A stretch of 64,000 nucleotides of DNA from Camelus ferus (GCF_009834535.1 NC_045696.1:77130001-77194000); one strand, 5' to 3'; positions 1 through 12,599 are shown, counted from the stretch's first letter. Numbers and translations are program-made. The notes: generated from the sequence alone by a model not told the origin.

Positions 1-2474
1 CATTATACAACCAAAGTTACCTTGTGAAGTTTTTCTGCATCGTTTCGAAGCTGACTTAGCACTTTGCAACACCAAGCTTGCTATCAGAAAGGTAAATCCT
101 CCCACCCCAATTTAACTCCATGTAGTGAATGCCCAGCAGTAGATGGGGCCTCTCTGAGACTTAGTTAAGCGTTCAGTGGTTTGCGATAACAGTAGAGCAT
201 GCCAGTTCCTGTTTTTAACGATTTTGTGGCAATTGGTAATTACATTAGTAAAGACCTGAGTTGATAGCTTCCATTATGTTTATGCCTTTTGTTAGGTTTT
301 CTCCCCCCACATACTGCTTTTTAAAATTAATAGACTTTATTTTTCAGAGCAGTCTTAGGTTTACTAAAAGCATTTTGTTAGTTTTTGAGCAATGAATTTT
401 TATTCCTTTTGATTTAATTGATTTGGATTAAGAGTACAAATAAGTAAGCAACTATATTTATCCATCAAGATCTTCTGATTGAATAGGCAGTTAGTTACTT
501 TATCAATTATACACACGTACACACGCACATACAAGTAGAGCGAGCCCTCACTTTAAAAAGCTGCATGTAAATAGAGCTTTCGTGCTCCCTCTGAGCATTG
601 CTGATATGTATTTTTAAAAAGTGCTTCAGTTAAATTTCAGATTTTTTAATAGTAAATTTGATTATAGATTAAGTTTTTATTGAGCCATTGTTGACATTCT
701 CATCTACTTTGTAGGTTTTGAATAAGACTTCCACACTCTAGAAGTGGCCAGTGGTTATTGATATCTGACTTTGGAAAAAGCTCTTTGTTTTTACTAATTC
801 TGACGAAGTTTTTGAATCTTGTTGGCTAAAATCTTGACAAGTAGCAAAGCGCTGTCTGAGGGACTCTGGACATACCGGTGTGAAGCATGCATACTGCATC
901 TTACCTCAGGGTACTGCTGATACTTCATCATATCTCAGCGCTACTAACTGACCATTCTGTACTCTATTGCCATTGCCGCTAGTGTCATTGAACAAGGATG
1001 AGATGGATTCCTGAGCAGTCTGACTTAGGCAGGGTAATTTTTTTCAACAAAATAAGATTTTGTTTATATCCTTGTGTTTGTATTTTTCTTCAGTACCACG
1101 TAATTAGGTTTTGCAATTACTTAGCCAATGATTTATTGTTGCCAAGTTCCCCGAAACAGAGTACAGATCTGTTAGAACGTTTTATTGCATGGCCACCAAG
1201 GCCCAGTTCGTCCTAGCACTGACCTGCGCTCCTACTATAACGATGGGGCCAGAGCTCTACGACACTTCAGTCAAATTTGTATCCTGTTCAGGTACAATTG
1301 TGTTGATGGATAAAGATGTCATATCAATGTGAAATGCCTTGTTCAATGGCCGTGATCAGTACTATTGAAGCTTAACTCGCCAGAGCCTCTTGCATCCCCT
1401 GACTCCCAATGAGGCGCAGCAGCCTAACGGCAGTCCTTCACAAGGCACATTTCTAGTATTGCCATTGCCCCTGTGTGCTGCACATCTGGGCACTGGGCAC
1501 TGACATTGCCGCTAGCGTCACAGGATCATGTAGTCCTGGAAGAAAATTCCAGATGAGCCCTTTGGCAAATAAGAGAAAAGATCATCGAAAAGAGAACAAG
1601 TTTTGAGAGATACAAGCAGGAATAGCTAAATGCCTCAGGTCATCATAAACCAAAGACTATCATGAGAAAAATATGTTACCAGTTATTATTTAAACCAGCT
1701 TATAGGATACTGAGACAGATAGTCAGAGGATGCTAACCCCCCCCCCTTTTTTTTTTCTTTGAGAAAGGATTTTAGTGCTCTTTGAAGTCTTATTATCATT
1801 TAAGGGCTGATAGAAATATGCAAAGCTCTCCTGGAGACTCCTGATCAATTCCATTTTGAGATAGTCTGGTTATTATTGGTTGTAAGCTCTTGTATGATAG
1901 CCTCTTGTTTATTTTATTTCCCAGAACCTCTAGCGTGTAAAGGAGAGGGGGAGGAAGATTACATAGGAGTGCTAAAACTCTTCTGAGAAAGTTACAACCA
2001 GAATCATGAGGAGCCTTTAAGCCGAGGTCTCCCAGTAGAGTCGTGCTACTTCACCATGGGAAGGAGCCTGCACAAGGACCCCTGCTGTGCTGTCTTTATG
2101 GAGAGCAGCTCAGGAGCAGTGGGACCTTGGTGCAAATGTGCTGGTGGATTCAGAGCAAAGAGCTGAAGTCAGGAAAACATGTCCCTGCAGCAGGAGGTCC
2201 AAGCAGTGCGTTTCCCCAGCCTCACACCCTGGGAGGCAGGGAGGCATGGGAGCAAGAAGGAGAGATTTGGATTTACATCCTGGCTTTGCCACTTAGCAGG
2301 TCCCCGACCCTAGACAGCTGTGGTTAACCTAACTGTAAAAGGAGGAAATGTGTGCATGTTCCATTCACTGTAGTAGTGAAACATATGATTGGGCATGGGG
2401 GGAAGGGGAGGGAGAAAGAGTTTTGAAATTTCTAAGATACAGATCCAGATATAAATAAATTTGGGAGCAATAGG

Positions 2475-2705
2475 AGAACATGGTGGTTAAGAGCCAGACT
2501 ACTTGGGTTGGAATCTTGAGTTCCTCTTATTTGTTGCATGACTTTGTTCATTTCCAAATTTCTGTGCTCTGTTTCCTGATCCTGACCTACCACGTGGAGA
2601 AAATAGGATTGTCATGAGAACTGAATAAATTAATTTATGTAACATGACAGCCACACCTGGCACATGCAAGTGCTGTATACGTGAACTTTTCATGCTATTA
2701 TTGCT
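2475..2705 (+). mobile_element. MIR SINE (a second, more decayed MIR fragment lies at ~2255-2390)
   Basis: catggtggttaagagccagactacttgggttggaatc...ctctgtttcctgatc...cctggcacatg follows the MIR consensus order. Confidence 0.8.
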
Positions 2706-5460
2706 TGAACTATGTTTATTCAAATGTCTGTTTGGATTTTCTCATTTTATGATTTTGACTTCTCACTGTTACTATAACCTCTGTTTACATGGCCCTCCTG
2801 TCCTCCCTTCAATATCTGTTTCTTCTCCGTGAGGATTTTCTTCTCATGGATCTGTCTGAGGTTCACGTCAAAGGGAGAAGGTTCCTGAGCTTGTGGTCAG
2901 CAGACATGCAGAATTAGAGTGTTTTACAAGGGTCTGCCCTTGGTACTCTGGCTTCCTCAGGTGACCCAAGTGTAGGTATAGAAGATCATCTCCCCTTGTT
3001 CTCCCAGCTTGTTCTTCAGGAATTTGGCTTAGCTAGGGATGCGAAAGGCAAACGATGTGAAACTTTGACAGACCACCCAGCTACTTAACTGGAGTGATTT
3101 CATGCTTCAGAGCTTACGTCGAGGCTGATTTCTCAAACGTTCGTTCCTTTTTTACCTTAGTGTAGAAGCTTAGTGATCTCGCACTAGGGAGTAGAATTTA
3201 GGTTAGGTAAAATTTCTGATAAGATATGATAACAGTACAACAAAACAACAGCAACACAGCAACAATGGATTTCTCTCCTTCCTCCACGGAATGACTTCAG
3301 AAGAGTTCTTTTGTTTTTTTAATGTCAGTTGTCTCGATGCTTTCAGCCTATGGGGGGGAATGTAGTCATCATGTTCATCCTTGGAGAAATGATTAGTCTG
3401 AGAGGGTGACATGTCAAGCCTCAGAACCATGTGTGATGTAACATTCTGATCTGGAGGGTAATGACTTGAAGCCGTATCTCATTCTCCTTTTTCACTCAGC
3501 TGCAGCCAGAGTTTGGACGGCACCCTGGAGTACAGCTTGCAGACTTCAGTGACATCGAGCTCATAAATGGCTCAGCTGGCATCTCAGGCAGGGAGTATAT
3601 GAACCAGGCTCAGATGCAGCTGATGATCTGATGTCCAGATGCGAGGAAGGGCGAAAAGGGAGTTGAAAGCATCAGCAACAGCTGATTCTAAAGAACAATG
3701 GCAAGGGAGAGAAATTAAAGGAAAACACAGCAAGATGACAAAGCAAGTTGGAGGGGGGAGTATCATTCATCTCATCCGTGACAGCCCCCACAGCAGAAAG
3801 ATGGATTAACGCTGTCAGAGCGGTTATCCATCCCATCAGCTTTGTTAGATGGTAGAAAGCTACCTGTCACTTTCCTGGCTGCATGCAGTGGTACAGTCCT
3901 AGCTCTGTTTCCCCAATGCCTTGCAAACATTTTCTAGGTTTTCTCTTTGAAGCAACTCTAATATTTGTTTCAATCGTAAGTAGATCCATCACATGCATTT
4001 AATTTAAAAAGTCGTAACAAGCAGAATTTCTGTTCAACATAAAGAGCTCATAAAACAAATACTACTATTTATCAACTCTAATGGATTTTTGTAAAGGTCT
4101 TACAGGAATAAAGAATAAAAATCCAATGATGGTCTTACAATAAATATTCAATGCTTTATTGCCTATTTATGAGGTAATCTTGCCTTCTCACAATATATGG
4201 CTGTTCAAAAAGTCTTAAACTGTGGTCATGTGGTTTACTTGCCAGGAGATGGCAATAGTGATCTATTTCCATGTGAAACCTTACAGAGAAAATCTCATTC
4301 CACCAAAATTAAACCAAGTATCCGAATGATTGGGATTTCCAATTCTGTTTTCCAATGCAAAATTATCCATTTAAAATTCTTGAATTATTAAGTTGTTTCT
4401 AATCATGTACAACCTGATTTTTACCAAAAGCGTTGTCATGACAGCTTTCCAAAGACCCCAAAATAATCATTTTTCTCTCTGGGAAGCAAAAACATAATTA
4501 AAAAAAAGAATCTAGACATACAATCAGAAGTTTTACAAAACCTGTAAAAATGAATTAAAATGGAAAATGGGAATTTGATAAGATGACGATGATGAATGCT
4601 CAGGCAAGGATCACTGAATCTTTAAGTAAAGAATCAGATCAGCATCCTTTGAATTCATTGCATAGGCCTTTAGCACTTTGATTGTGATCAGGCCAGCTTT
4701 TTTCTATCAGAGTTCAGTGTGATGCTGTCACTGTTTCATCTGATAAGGCTGAAAATGTGAATGAGAGTATACAGCCCTGTTCATGAAGAGTATATACGTT
4801 TCTTTCTATTTGACATTGAGAACAACGCAACCCAACATCTTCCTCTTTGTTTCAGATCCTAGGAAGCTCAGGCTTAGTTGTCTTCAGCAAGAGCTTTATG
4901 AAAGTTTTATTTTTCATCCTTTTATTATTAACCTCTCTTTAATTCTGGGCTAATGCTTCAGTTTTATTACACTGTACTTTCATTTTAATTCACATTGAAT
5001 TTCTTTTGGAAATACATGTGATTTAGTTTCATGAATGCAATGAAACTGTGATCACTCTGGATAATAACTATGGCCATTCTTTGCTGTGATGGTTTGTGGC
5101 TCCTCCCATAGACTACATCACAAATTTTCATAGAAACAATCACCACAGCGCGAAAGCTGTCTTAGTCTTTTATTGATGCAAGATGACTGCTTGCTATTTC
5201 TTAGCTAAAGTATTTTTTTAAAATAAAGCATCCACATCTAGGGTATTTTTAAAATAAAATTGTTTTCAGTTTGTTGCCCTTAACATTTTTTTTTCCAATT
5301 GCTGTATTTGAGTCACTTGACCCCAGCTCATCATCTATTGCAAATGGGTTACATATACGGCTCTTGAGAATTCCACTTTTTAGCCAGCTTGAAGTAAAAC
5401 CAAAAAAAAAAAAAAAGTCATAATTTAATAGGTTGTATTGCCACAATGATCAAAATTAGT

Positions 5461-5743
5461 ACATAGAAAACAAACTTATGGTTACCAAGGGGTAAAAGGC
5501 ATAGGAAGGGTAAATTGGGAGTTCAAGGTTTGCAGATACTAACTACTATATGTAAAACAGATAAGCAATAAGTTTACACTGTGTAGCACAGGGAACTATA
5601 TGCAATATCTTGCAGTAACCTATAATGAAACAGAATATAAAAAAGAATATATGTATGTATGTGTATGACTGAAACTTGGTGCTGTGCACCAGAAATTGAC
5701 AACATTGTGAACTGGCTATACTTTAATAAAAAATAATAATAAA
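5461..5743 (+). mobile_element. 5'-truncated cetartiodactyl/camelid-type L1, 3' UTR plus A-rich tail
   Basis: acatagaaaacaaacttatggttaccaagggg...gtagcacagggaactatatgcaatatcttg...gtaacctataatg...aataaaaaataataat; homologous to the reverse-strand copies at 44.5-45.2 kb and 50.1-50.3 kb. Confidence 0.92.
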
Positions 5744-6779
5744 GCAAGGAAGGTGGATAGAGAGTATTAAACAAAAGTGAAGAGTCTCATTTAATCAGAG
5801 TGGTCAAACCAAAGGATCCACTGAGCGAAAAGGGGAGGCAAGTCAGGTGGCCGTCAGACAAGGGTTCCACGTGGACTGTGCAGTGGACCGTTAAGCCTCT
5901 GAAGCAGAGAGTGCCTGGGAGTTTTAAGGGAAAAAGAGAATCCCTGTGTTCAGATGGTCAGTGCATTTTAAGAAATACCATCAATTTAAAAATACTTCGG
6001 GAGCAAAGATTTAAAAGAAAAAGGAAAAGAAAAAAACTCTGTGATATTCAGTGTACATACATTTTAAACACTGATTATAGCATACAAATCATCACAAACC
6101 ATATTTTTTTGTTGGTTTGAAGCTAAGTTTTTTTTTTCTTTTTGTAATCTGCAAATACCATCCAAAGTCTCTTCTGAATCACTTAGGACCAGTAGTTGTG
6201 TAACATCAAGGTGACGTGCTGTGTTTCATTATTTTGGGTTGTATTTGTCCCTCCACAGAACGGACAATATCATCTGGACTCACAAGGAGGAATTCTTGAA
6301 ATTTGTTCTGCACTTTTTAATTTAGGTGGACTTTTAGTTTCATCGTCCTCCTTAATTGAATTACATATTGCTCGAAGTTAAATAGCTTCTCTTCAAAGGC
6401 AATAGGAACTTTTGATATCTAACCTTACAGATACCCTTCAGAACTTGCGAATCAGTCACACCAATTCTTCCTAGCTTTGAAATGCCTGTGATCTCTTCTG
6501 AAATGTTTAGTTACGTGTTCTGAACAGTCAATGACTGCTACTTCACAACCCACTTCTCTATCCAGAAGCCAAAGACTTTCGTTTGACGTTGATTGGGAGA
6601 TACCATTTCTCTAGAGAAATTTGAACATATGATTGAAAAAAAAGAATATTTGATCCCAGAACTCATTTTGCAAGACATGTCTCAGGGAACAAGTGTTTTG
6701 TAGAACACACTGAAAGAAGCATTGATTGGCCAAGTCTTAATTTTTTTTGGAATTTAAGAAATAAATTTTTATAAATAAT

Positions 6780-7370
6780 AACTGAGTATATCATCTTAGT
6801 ATAAGATATAAACAATGTAGATGCTCATAGCCGAAAATATAAAAGTCCTTTATTGTTACTAGTCCCACTCGGGCTCCTATTCCCAGAGATGGGCTCTGTG
6901 AACAGCTGTGGGATCCTCAGAGCCCCTTCCTGTGCATTTACAGGCATATATATATGTATATGTTCTTTGTATGTTATACAGACACACGTACATATAACGC
7001 AGACAGATGTGTTAAACAATAAATGTAGAAAACCTAACCATAAATCTACATAATATAAATTAAAAATGTAAATGTCCACATTGCTTCTGAGTAGCTTTGC
7101 TTGCCTGTGTTTCAGAAATCATACCATGTCCTTGCAAAACGATCTATTTGACTCTTTAGTATTCCATCATATGGCTATGCCATAAATTACTCAGCCTTTC
7201 TTTCATTAAATAATATTTAGGATCACTTACATTTGGAGAGGGTATTAGAAGCAATATTTCAGAGATTTTCTTGTAATTATATCTTTTCACAAATGTAGAT
7301 GTAGGTTCTATTTAAAAAATAATAGACATCTAGAAGCAGAATCATCACCTGAAGTAGATGTGCATTTTTG
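6780..7370 (-). mobile_element. old L1 (L1ME-like) 3' region, degraded
   Basis: ctttagtattccatcatatggctatgccataaattactcagcc and neighbouring blocks resemble the antisense of the L1M ORF2 end and 3' UTR. Confidence 0.55.
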
Positions 7371-7373
7371 GAT

Positions 7374-7528
7374 CTGCAAGCCAAGAAGACAGGGACCTTA
7401 CCCAGAACTGAATCTGCTGGTACCTTGATCTTGAACGTCTCAGTCTCCAGAACTGTGAGAAATAAATTTTTGTTGTTTAACCCACTTAGTTTATGGTATT
7501 TCGTTAGAGTAGTCTGAACAGACTGGCA
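7374..7528 (+). mobile_element. ERVL-MaLR (MLT1-type) LTR, 3' part
   Basis: ctgcaagccaag...accttgatcttgaac...ctccagaactgtgagaaataaatttttgttgtttaaccca...tatggtatttcgtta is the typical MLT1 3' end. Confidence 0.85.
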
Positions 7529-7684
7529 ATAGCTTAGTTCACAGAGTGACTTGGGGACCAGGTCAATTCTGATTCTGCCATTTTGCAAATGTTGTTTACA
7601 AGGCTTGCCTGAGGGCATTTGTTTTTCCTTTTCAGCCTAAATTTAAAAAATTTTTAAATTTTAGTTTATTATTATTATTAAAAA

Positions 7685-7781
7685 ATTTTTATTGACATAG
7701 AGTCAATTTACAGTGTTGTGTTAATTTCTAGTATATGGCATAGTGATTCATTTATACATATATATTCCTTTCAATATTCTT

Positions 7782-7822
<41 letters not shown>

Positions 7823-7973
7823 GCGGACTACTACTCAACCATAAAAAAAGAATAAAATAATGCCATTTGCAGAAACATGGATGGATCTGAAGATTATCAT
7901 ACTAAGTGAAGTAAGCCAGAAAGAGAAAGGAAAATACCATATGACATCACTTGTATGTGGAATCAAAAAAAAA
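7685..7973 (-). mobile_element. young camelid-type L1 with 5' inversion (antisense tail 7685-7783, sense ORF2-end piece 7821-7973, (TA)n(CA)n at the junction)
   Basis: Both pieces match parts of the 44.5-45.2 kb L1 but lie in opposite orientations; flanked by tttattattatt at 7665-7676 and 7974-7985. Confidence 0.8.
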
Positions 7974-7985
7974 TTTATTATTATT

Positions 7986-8115
7986 TTTTAATTTGAGTAC
8001 AGTTGACTTACAATATTTTATTAGTTTCAGGTGTACAGTATTGTGATTTGATGTTTCTATAGATTGCACACCAAAGTTATTTCAATATTATTGACTATAT
8101 TCCCTGTGCTTTACA
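7986..8115 (-). mobile_element. older L1 3' end (L1MA9/L1_Art-like)
   Basis: gtacagttgacttacaatattttattagtttcaggtgtacag...attgactatattccctgtgctttaca. Confidence 0.75.
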
Positions 8116-8899
8116 CTGTCAGCGTGAGGGGAAAATGAGGTGGGAGCACGTGCTTGAGTTTTTCTGTGTTTGCAAATAGTATGTATTCCTTCTCATGTGC
8201 CCTCCTTTAGGACTGGACACGGAGTCACACTGCACTCCCTAGAAGAGGATGTGGATTTAGTAAATAGCTGACATCCCTTGCCAAAGAATTCAGATTTATT
8301 TTGCTTCTGTAAAATGATCATTTATTGAATAAGCCAACCTTTGACTTGAAATAATACCTTTACCATAAACTACACTGATATAAACACATGATCTGTTAGG
8401 GACCCTCCTGTCAATTGTTTATTCCCATATGAATTTCATGGGCTTTTATTTCATGTCTTACTTTTCCTTTTCTGAATATTTTTGACTATTTTCAAGCATT
8501 ATCTTCTCTAGATCATCTTTTGAATTGTTAGATTTCATTAAAAATCTTGATTTAGAGGGCTTTGAATTTATAATTTGGGGAACAGAATTTTAAATTATTG
8601 AAATTCTTCATTTACATATGTGTGTCCATATATACAATACCCCAGTGTTGAATCATTCAGAATTTCCTTAAATTTTTCAGTTTCATTGGTATTCTCAAGA
8701 ATCAATATTTGGTTTTATTCATTAATACATTACTTTTCTCTCCTCTTCCTCTCATTTAATGTATTTTCCTTCACCTTCATTACTTCTCTTTTCTACTCTC
8801 ATTAGATCTTTCTTGCAATATTGTGAATTAATTTTGGTATTTTTCTTCTATCACTGAGATATATTTCAAAATGTCTTGCTTGATGATGAATGTAGTTAA

Positions 8900-10020
8900 T
8901 TTCACTCTCACACATTTTTATACTTGCTTGCAGTGTCATTCATTTACACATACTTTTGCTTTCTAAATTTTGATTTACCCTTTAACCCAAGAGATTTTTG
9001 TTTAAATCCACTGGGCTATATATTGGTTCTATTGTATATTATCAACAATATTATTTGTGTTGTGGGATTTATTGAGATTTTCTTAGTGATCTAGTATGTG
9101 ATCTTTTAAAAAAGTGTTTTGCATATGTTTTAAAAGAATGGGTATTTCTTGTTGGATATCAAATAGGGAGTTGTTCAATGGGTATAACTTTTAGTTATGC
9201 AAGATGAAGAAGTTTTAGATTAGAGATCTGTTGTGTAAGCACAGTGCTTCTAGTTAACAATCATTTGTACACTTAAAATGTGTGGAGCCTAATTTCATGT
9301 TAAGTGGTCTTATGACAACTAAAAAAAATTTAAATTCTCTATACATCAATTATAATTATATTAAGACTATTCTCTTCACCTATATTTTAATTTTGGACAG
9401 TTTAATTTGCTAATTTCTGAGAGAATTTTATTTATATCTCTAGCTAGGACTATAGGGTTGTTCCATTTTCCATGAGTGTTTATTTTATATATTTTGAAGC
9501 TGTTCATTAGATGCTTGACAATTCATGACTATTGCATTTTCTTGGTTGACTGTATATTTTGCTAGTGTGGAAACTTAATTTTAAATACTATACATTTTGA
9601 ATTATATTTTATTTGATGATAAGATTAACGTTTACTTTTGGTATTATTTTATATGTTTATTTATTTTTCTGATATATATGTGTAGTTGCATTTTTTCAGT
9701 TTCAATCATTCTGTGTCACATTGTTTTATCGTGTATCTGATGGACAGCTTAGAACTGGCCTTTTCTAACGAGTATTACTGTTCATCTTTTCAAGGAGTAA
9801 TGTAGTCCATTGTTATTCACTGTTATTGTGTTTGGGCTTATTCCGTGATGTCTTATTATGATTTCTATTTCCTGTGCTTCCTTGTTGGTGGTTCTATTTC
9901 ATCTCTTTCTTGCTTATTGGACTTTGAAAATAACATTTTCTTTTTTCTTTCCTTATAGTGGATTGGGAGTTATACATCCTAATTCTATTCTTCTGGTGGT
10001 CACCCCTGACATTTAAATAA
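8900..10020 (-). mobile_element. old, degraded L1 (L1M) ORF2/ORF1-region fragment, interrupted by the element at 9160-9330
   Basis: T-rich antisense L1 blocks: ttattgagattttc...atatgttttaaaagaatg; atatattttgaagctgttcattagatgc; tggattgggagttatacatcc. Confidence 0.6.
9160..9330 (+). mobile_element. L1MA/L1MB-type 3' end
   Basis: gggagttgttcaatgggtataa...gttatgcaagatgaa...agagatctg...gtacacttaaaat...catgttaagtg...aaaaaaaa. Confidence 0.8.
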
Positions 10021-10514
10021 ATATATTTAAACTTGTATTACAGAAGAAAGGGCCAAGGGCAGAAAGTACAAATGGTATTTCCCTTGTTACTCAGGAGATA
10101 GATGTGGATCAAACCTTAATCTCCTTAGGTTCAAAACTATTTTCCTTCCTAAATCTCATCCTTTCTAGAATATTTGACAGGATGGACTGTACTCTCTTGT
10201 GCTTTATCCTCCCTTGATGTATCAGCAAATGTATCAGTTAGACTGTAGTCTTGTTTTTCCCTCATAATCTTCACCAAGGTACAAACTTGGTCAGAGATGG
10301 TACATTCTTTGTTAGAAACATACTTTTCTTTAGTCAAAGAAAGCTAATAATGAACTATATGATTATTTAATCAGTTATCTTTCAATGAACAAATGGATAC
10401 AGTACTATTCTTGTCACAAACGACTTTACACAGTAGCCTACTGGAGTAGACAAATAATTGAATAGAAAAAGTAGTTGCCTAGAGGTGTTAAACACATCTA
10501 AAAACCCCTTGATA

Positions 10515-10660
10515 TTCAAGGTGTGATCTATGGAACAGCAGCATTGGTAGCCTCTGGAAGCTTTCCAGAAATGCAGAATCTCAGACCAGACTTCCTGAAT
10601 TAGAATCTTCCCAAGATCCTAGGTGATTCATACGCACGTTAAAGTTTGAGAAGCACGACT
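10515..10660 (+). mobile_element. MER5A (hAT-Charlie) DNA transposon fossil
   Basis: agaaatgcagaatctcag...aggtgattcatacgcacgttaaagtttgagaagcac. Confidence 0.85.
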
Positions 10661-12091
10661 ATGAATTATTTGTTTTGTTTCCCAACACCTAAGATCAGAA
10701 AAAAGAAATGAAGCAAATCTCTCAAAAAGTATATAGGACTTTGTGATATACAGTTGGTCACTCCTGGATTCATAATTTTTATTATACTTACCTTTTTTCT
10801 GTTTTCATTAGTTTTATCATCTTCGGAAACTATATGAAACTTAGTTGTGTAAAGATACAACTTTTTGGTTAGGATAAAATGTAAATTCTTCAAAGAAACA
10901 GTTCTTTGTGATTAAATGCTATTCAATCACAGTCGGTTTGTAACCAGTTTTTCTCTGAGTATTACGTATTTTTTCAATTTTTGGTATGGGACTGAAAGGA
11001 TTCATTCAAGTGTCACCTTTCCAATGCCTTGCAAACTGGATGACTTCACACACATAAGCCAGAACACCCTCAGTCCCCTAGCAAAGACACTAACTTAGCA
11101 ACTCGCCATGGTTACTCTCTAAAACCTATTTCTTAAGGGATGTTTTTCCTGTAACTAAGAACGATTTGAATACAAGGCTGAAGAATACACTGAACTGACT
11201 TTGTACATCAACTTTAGTTGAGAGTGCGTGCTCAGGATTATCAAAATGATGTTAATCCATTATTGAATACACTTTCTTATTTTGAAGTACTGACAGATTC
11301 TTGCAGGTTTTTTAAAAATATTGAGTGGAATTTTATATCGCTTCATTCAAAGTAATAATGAAATGATTCTACACATGCTTTCCAAGTCTGTTCCATCTTT
11401 CCAGGCTATGCCAAAAATCCATCTCATAATGATGCTTTCTCTGATCACTGAAGTATTTCTGAATGTCTATAGAGAAAGAAATTTATTTGACTAATTTATA
11501 ATGATCCTTAACAGTTCTTTTATTATCTTGAATAGTTATCTAACATTACATTTCCTTGTTGTATCTGGTTTACAGAATTTGACTGCAAGCTCCTTGAATA
11601 CAGGAATGTATTATTTTGTACTGTTTTGCCTTACAGCTAAAATCTTTTGAGTCTCTGTTCTAAAGCTTCTGTGGTTCTTCACTAATTAAATACTGCTTCT
11701 CAAACTTTTTCACTAAAGTATTTATGATGAAGAAAGAATACAATATATTTCTGAGGACTTAAATAGAACTTAAACTTTATTTCAAATATTCTGTCCCTCA
11801 AATTTGTGCTTATTTTGGATTTTGCTTCATAATGTATTCTTTTTTGTTGTTTTACTTTTAAGTAACAAATAAAATTAATGTTCTAGGGGAATAAGATATG
11901 CTGGGGCCATGGTTAAGCTTTCCTCGTGGCCATGGCTATAGAAGCCAGCAGTAAGTTTTTTCCATTTTGGAATGTAAAGGAAACAGAGGGAGTGTAAACT
12001 CTTTTCCTCAGGATTCCAGGACTTTCTACAGTGTTGCCTCAGCTAAAAAATTCTCTCTTCCTTTTGGAGTCTACCTTTGGCTCCGGCCAAC

Positions 12092-12546
12092 TCTGTTAGT
12101 TTCCTGGGGTTTCCATAAGGAAGTACCACAAACCGGGTGCCTTAGAACAACAGAAATTTAATGTCTCACAGTTCTGGAGGCTAGAAGTCTGAAACTGAGG
12201 AGTTGGTAGGGCCACACTTCTTCTGAAACCCGTGGAAGAAGGCCCTACCCTGACTCTTCCAGCCTCGGGGAGCCCCAGACGCTCTTTGGCCTGTGGCAGC
12301 AAAGTTTCAGTCTCTGCCTCCATCTTCACGTCATCGTCCCTCTCTGCATGTCTGTCTCTATGTCTGAAATTCCCCTTTTTATATGAACACAAATCATGTT
12401 GAATTAAGGGCCTACCCTAATGAACTTATTTTAACTTGATTGCCCCTGTAGATACTCTGTTTCCAAATAAAGCCTCTATCTGACGTACTGGCAGCTAGGA
12501 CTTCAACGTATCATTTTGAGGGGGGGACATAATTCTGTCCATGACA
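12092..12546 (-). mobile_element. complete MLT1 (MLT1B/C-like) solo LTR
   Basis: aagtaccacaaaccgggtgccttagaacaacagaaattta...tctcacagttctggaggctagaagtctgaaa...aggacttcaacgtatc; perfect 5-bp TSD CCAAC at 12087-12091 and 12547-12551. Confidence 0.93.
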
Positions 12547-12599
12547 CCAACTGAACCAGCCTGTTTTCCCAGTATATCACACGTGTTTTTCTCTCTAGA

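Noticed and set aside
10149..10893. Minus-strand strong donor (aag|GTAAGT at ~10790) and protein-like ORFs (SEDDKTNENRKK; TKEKYVSNKEC...)
   Set aside because: Acceptors are weak and the peptides are unrecognised. Equally strong isolated donors occur at ~31420 and ~48620, so no coherent gene model is supported.
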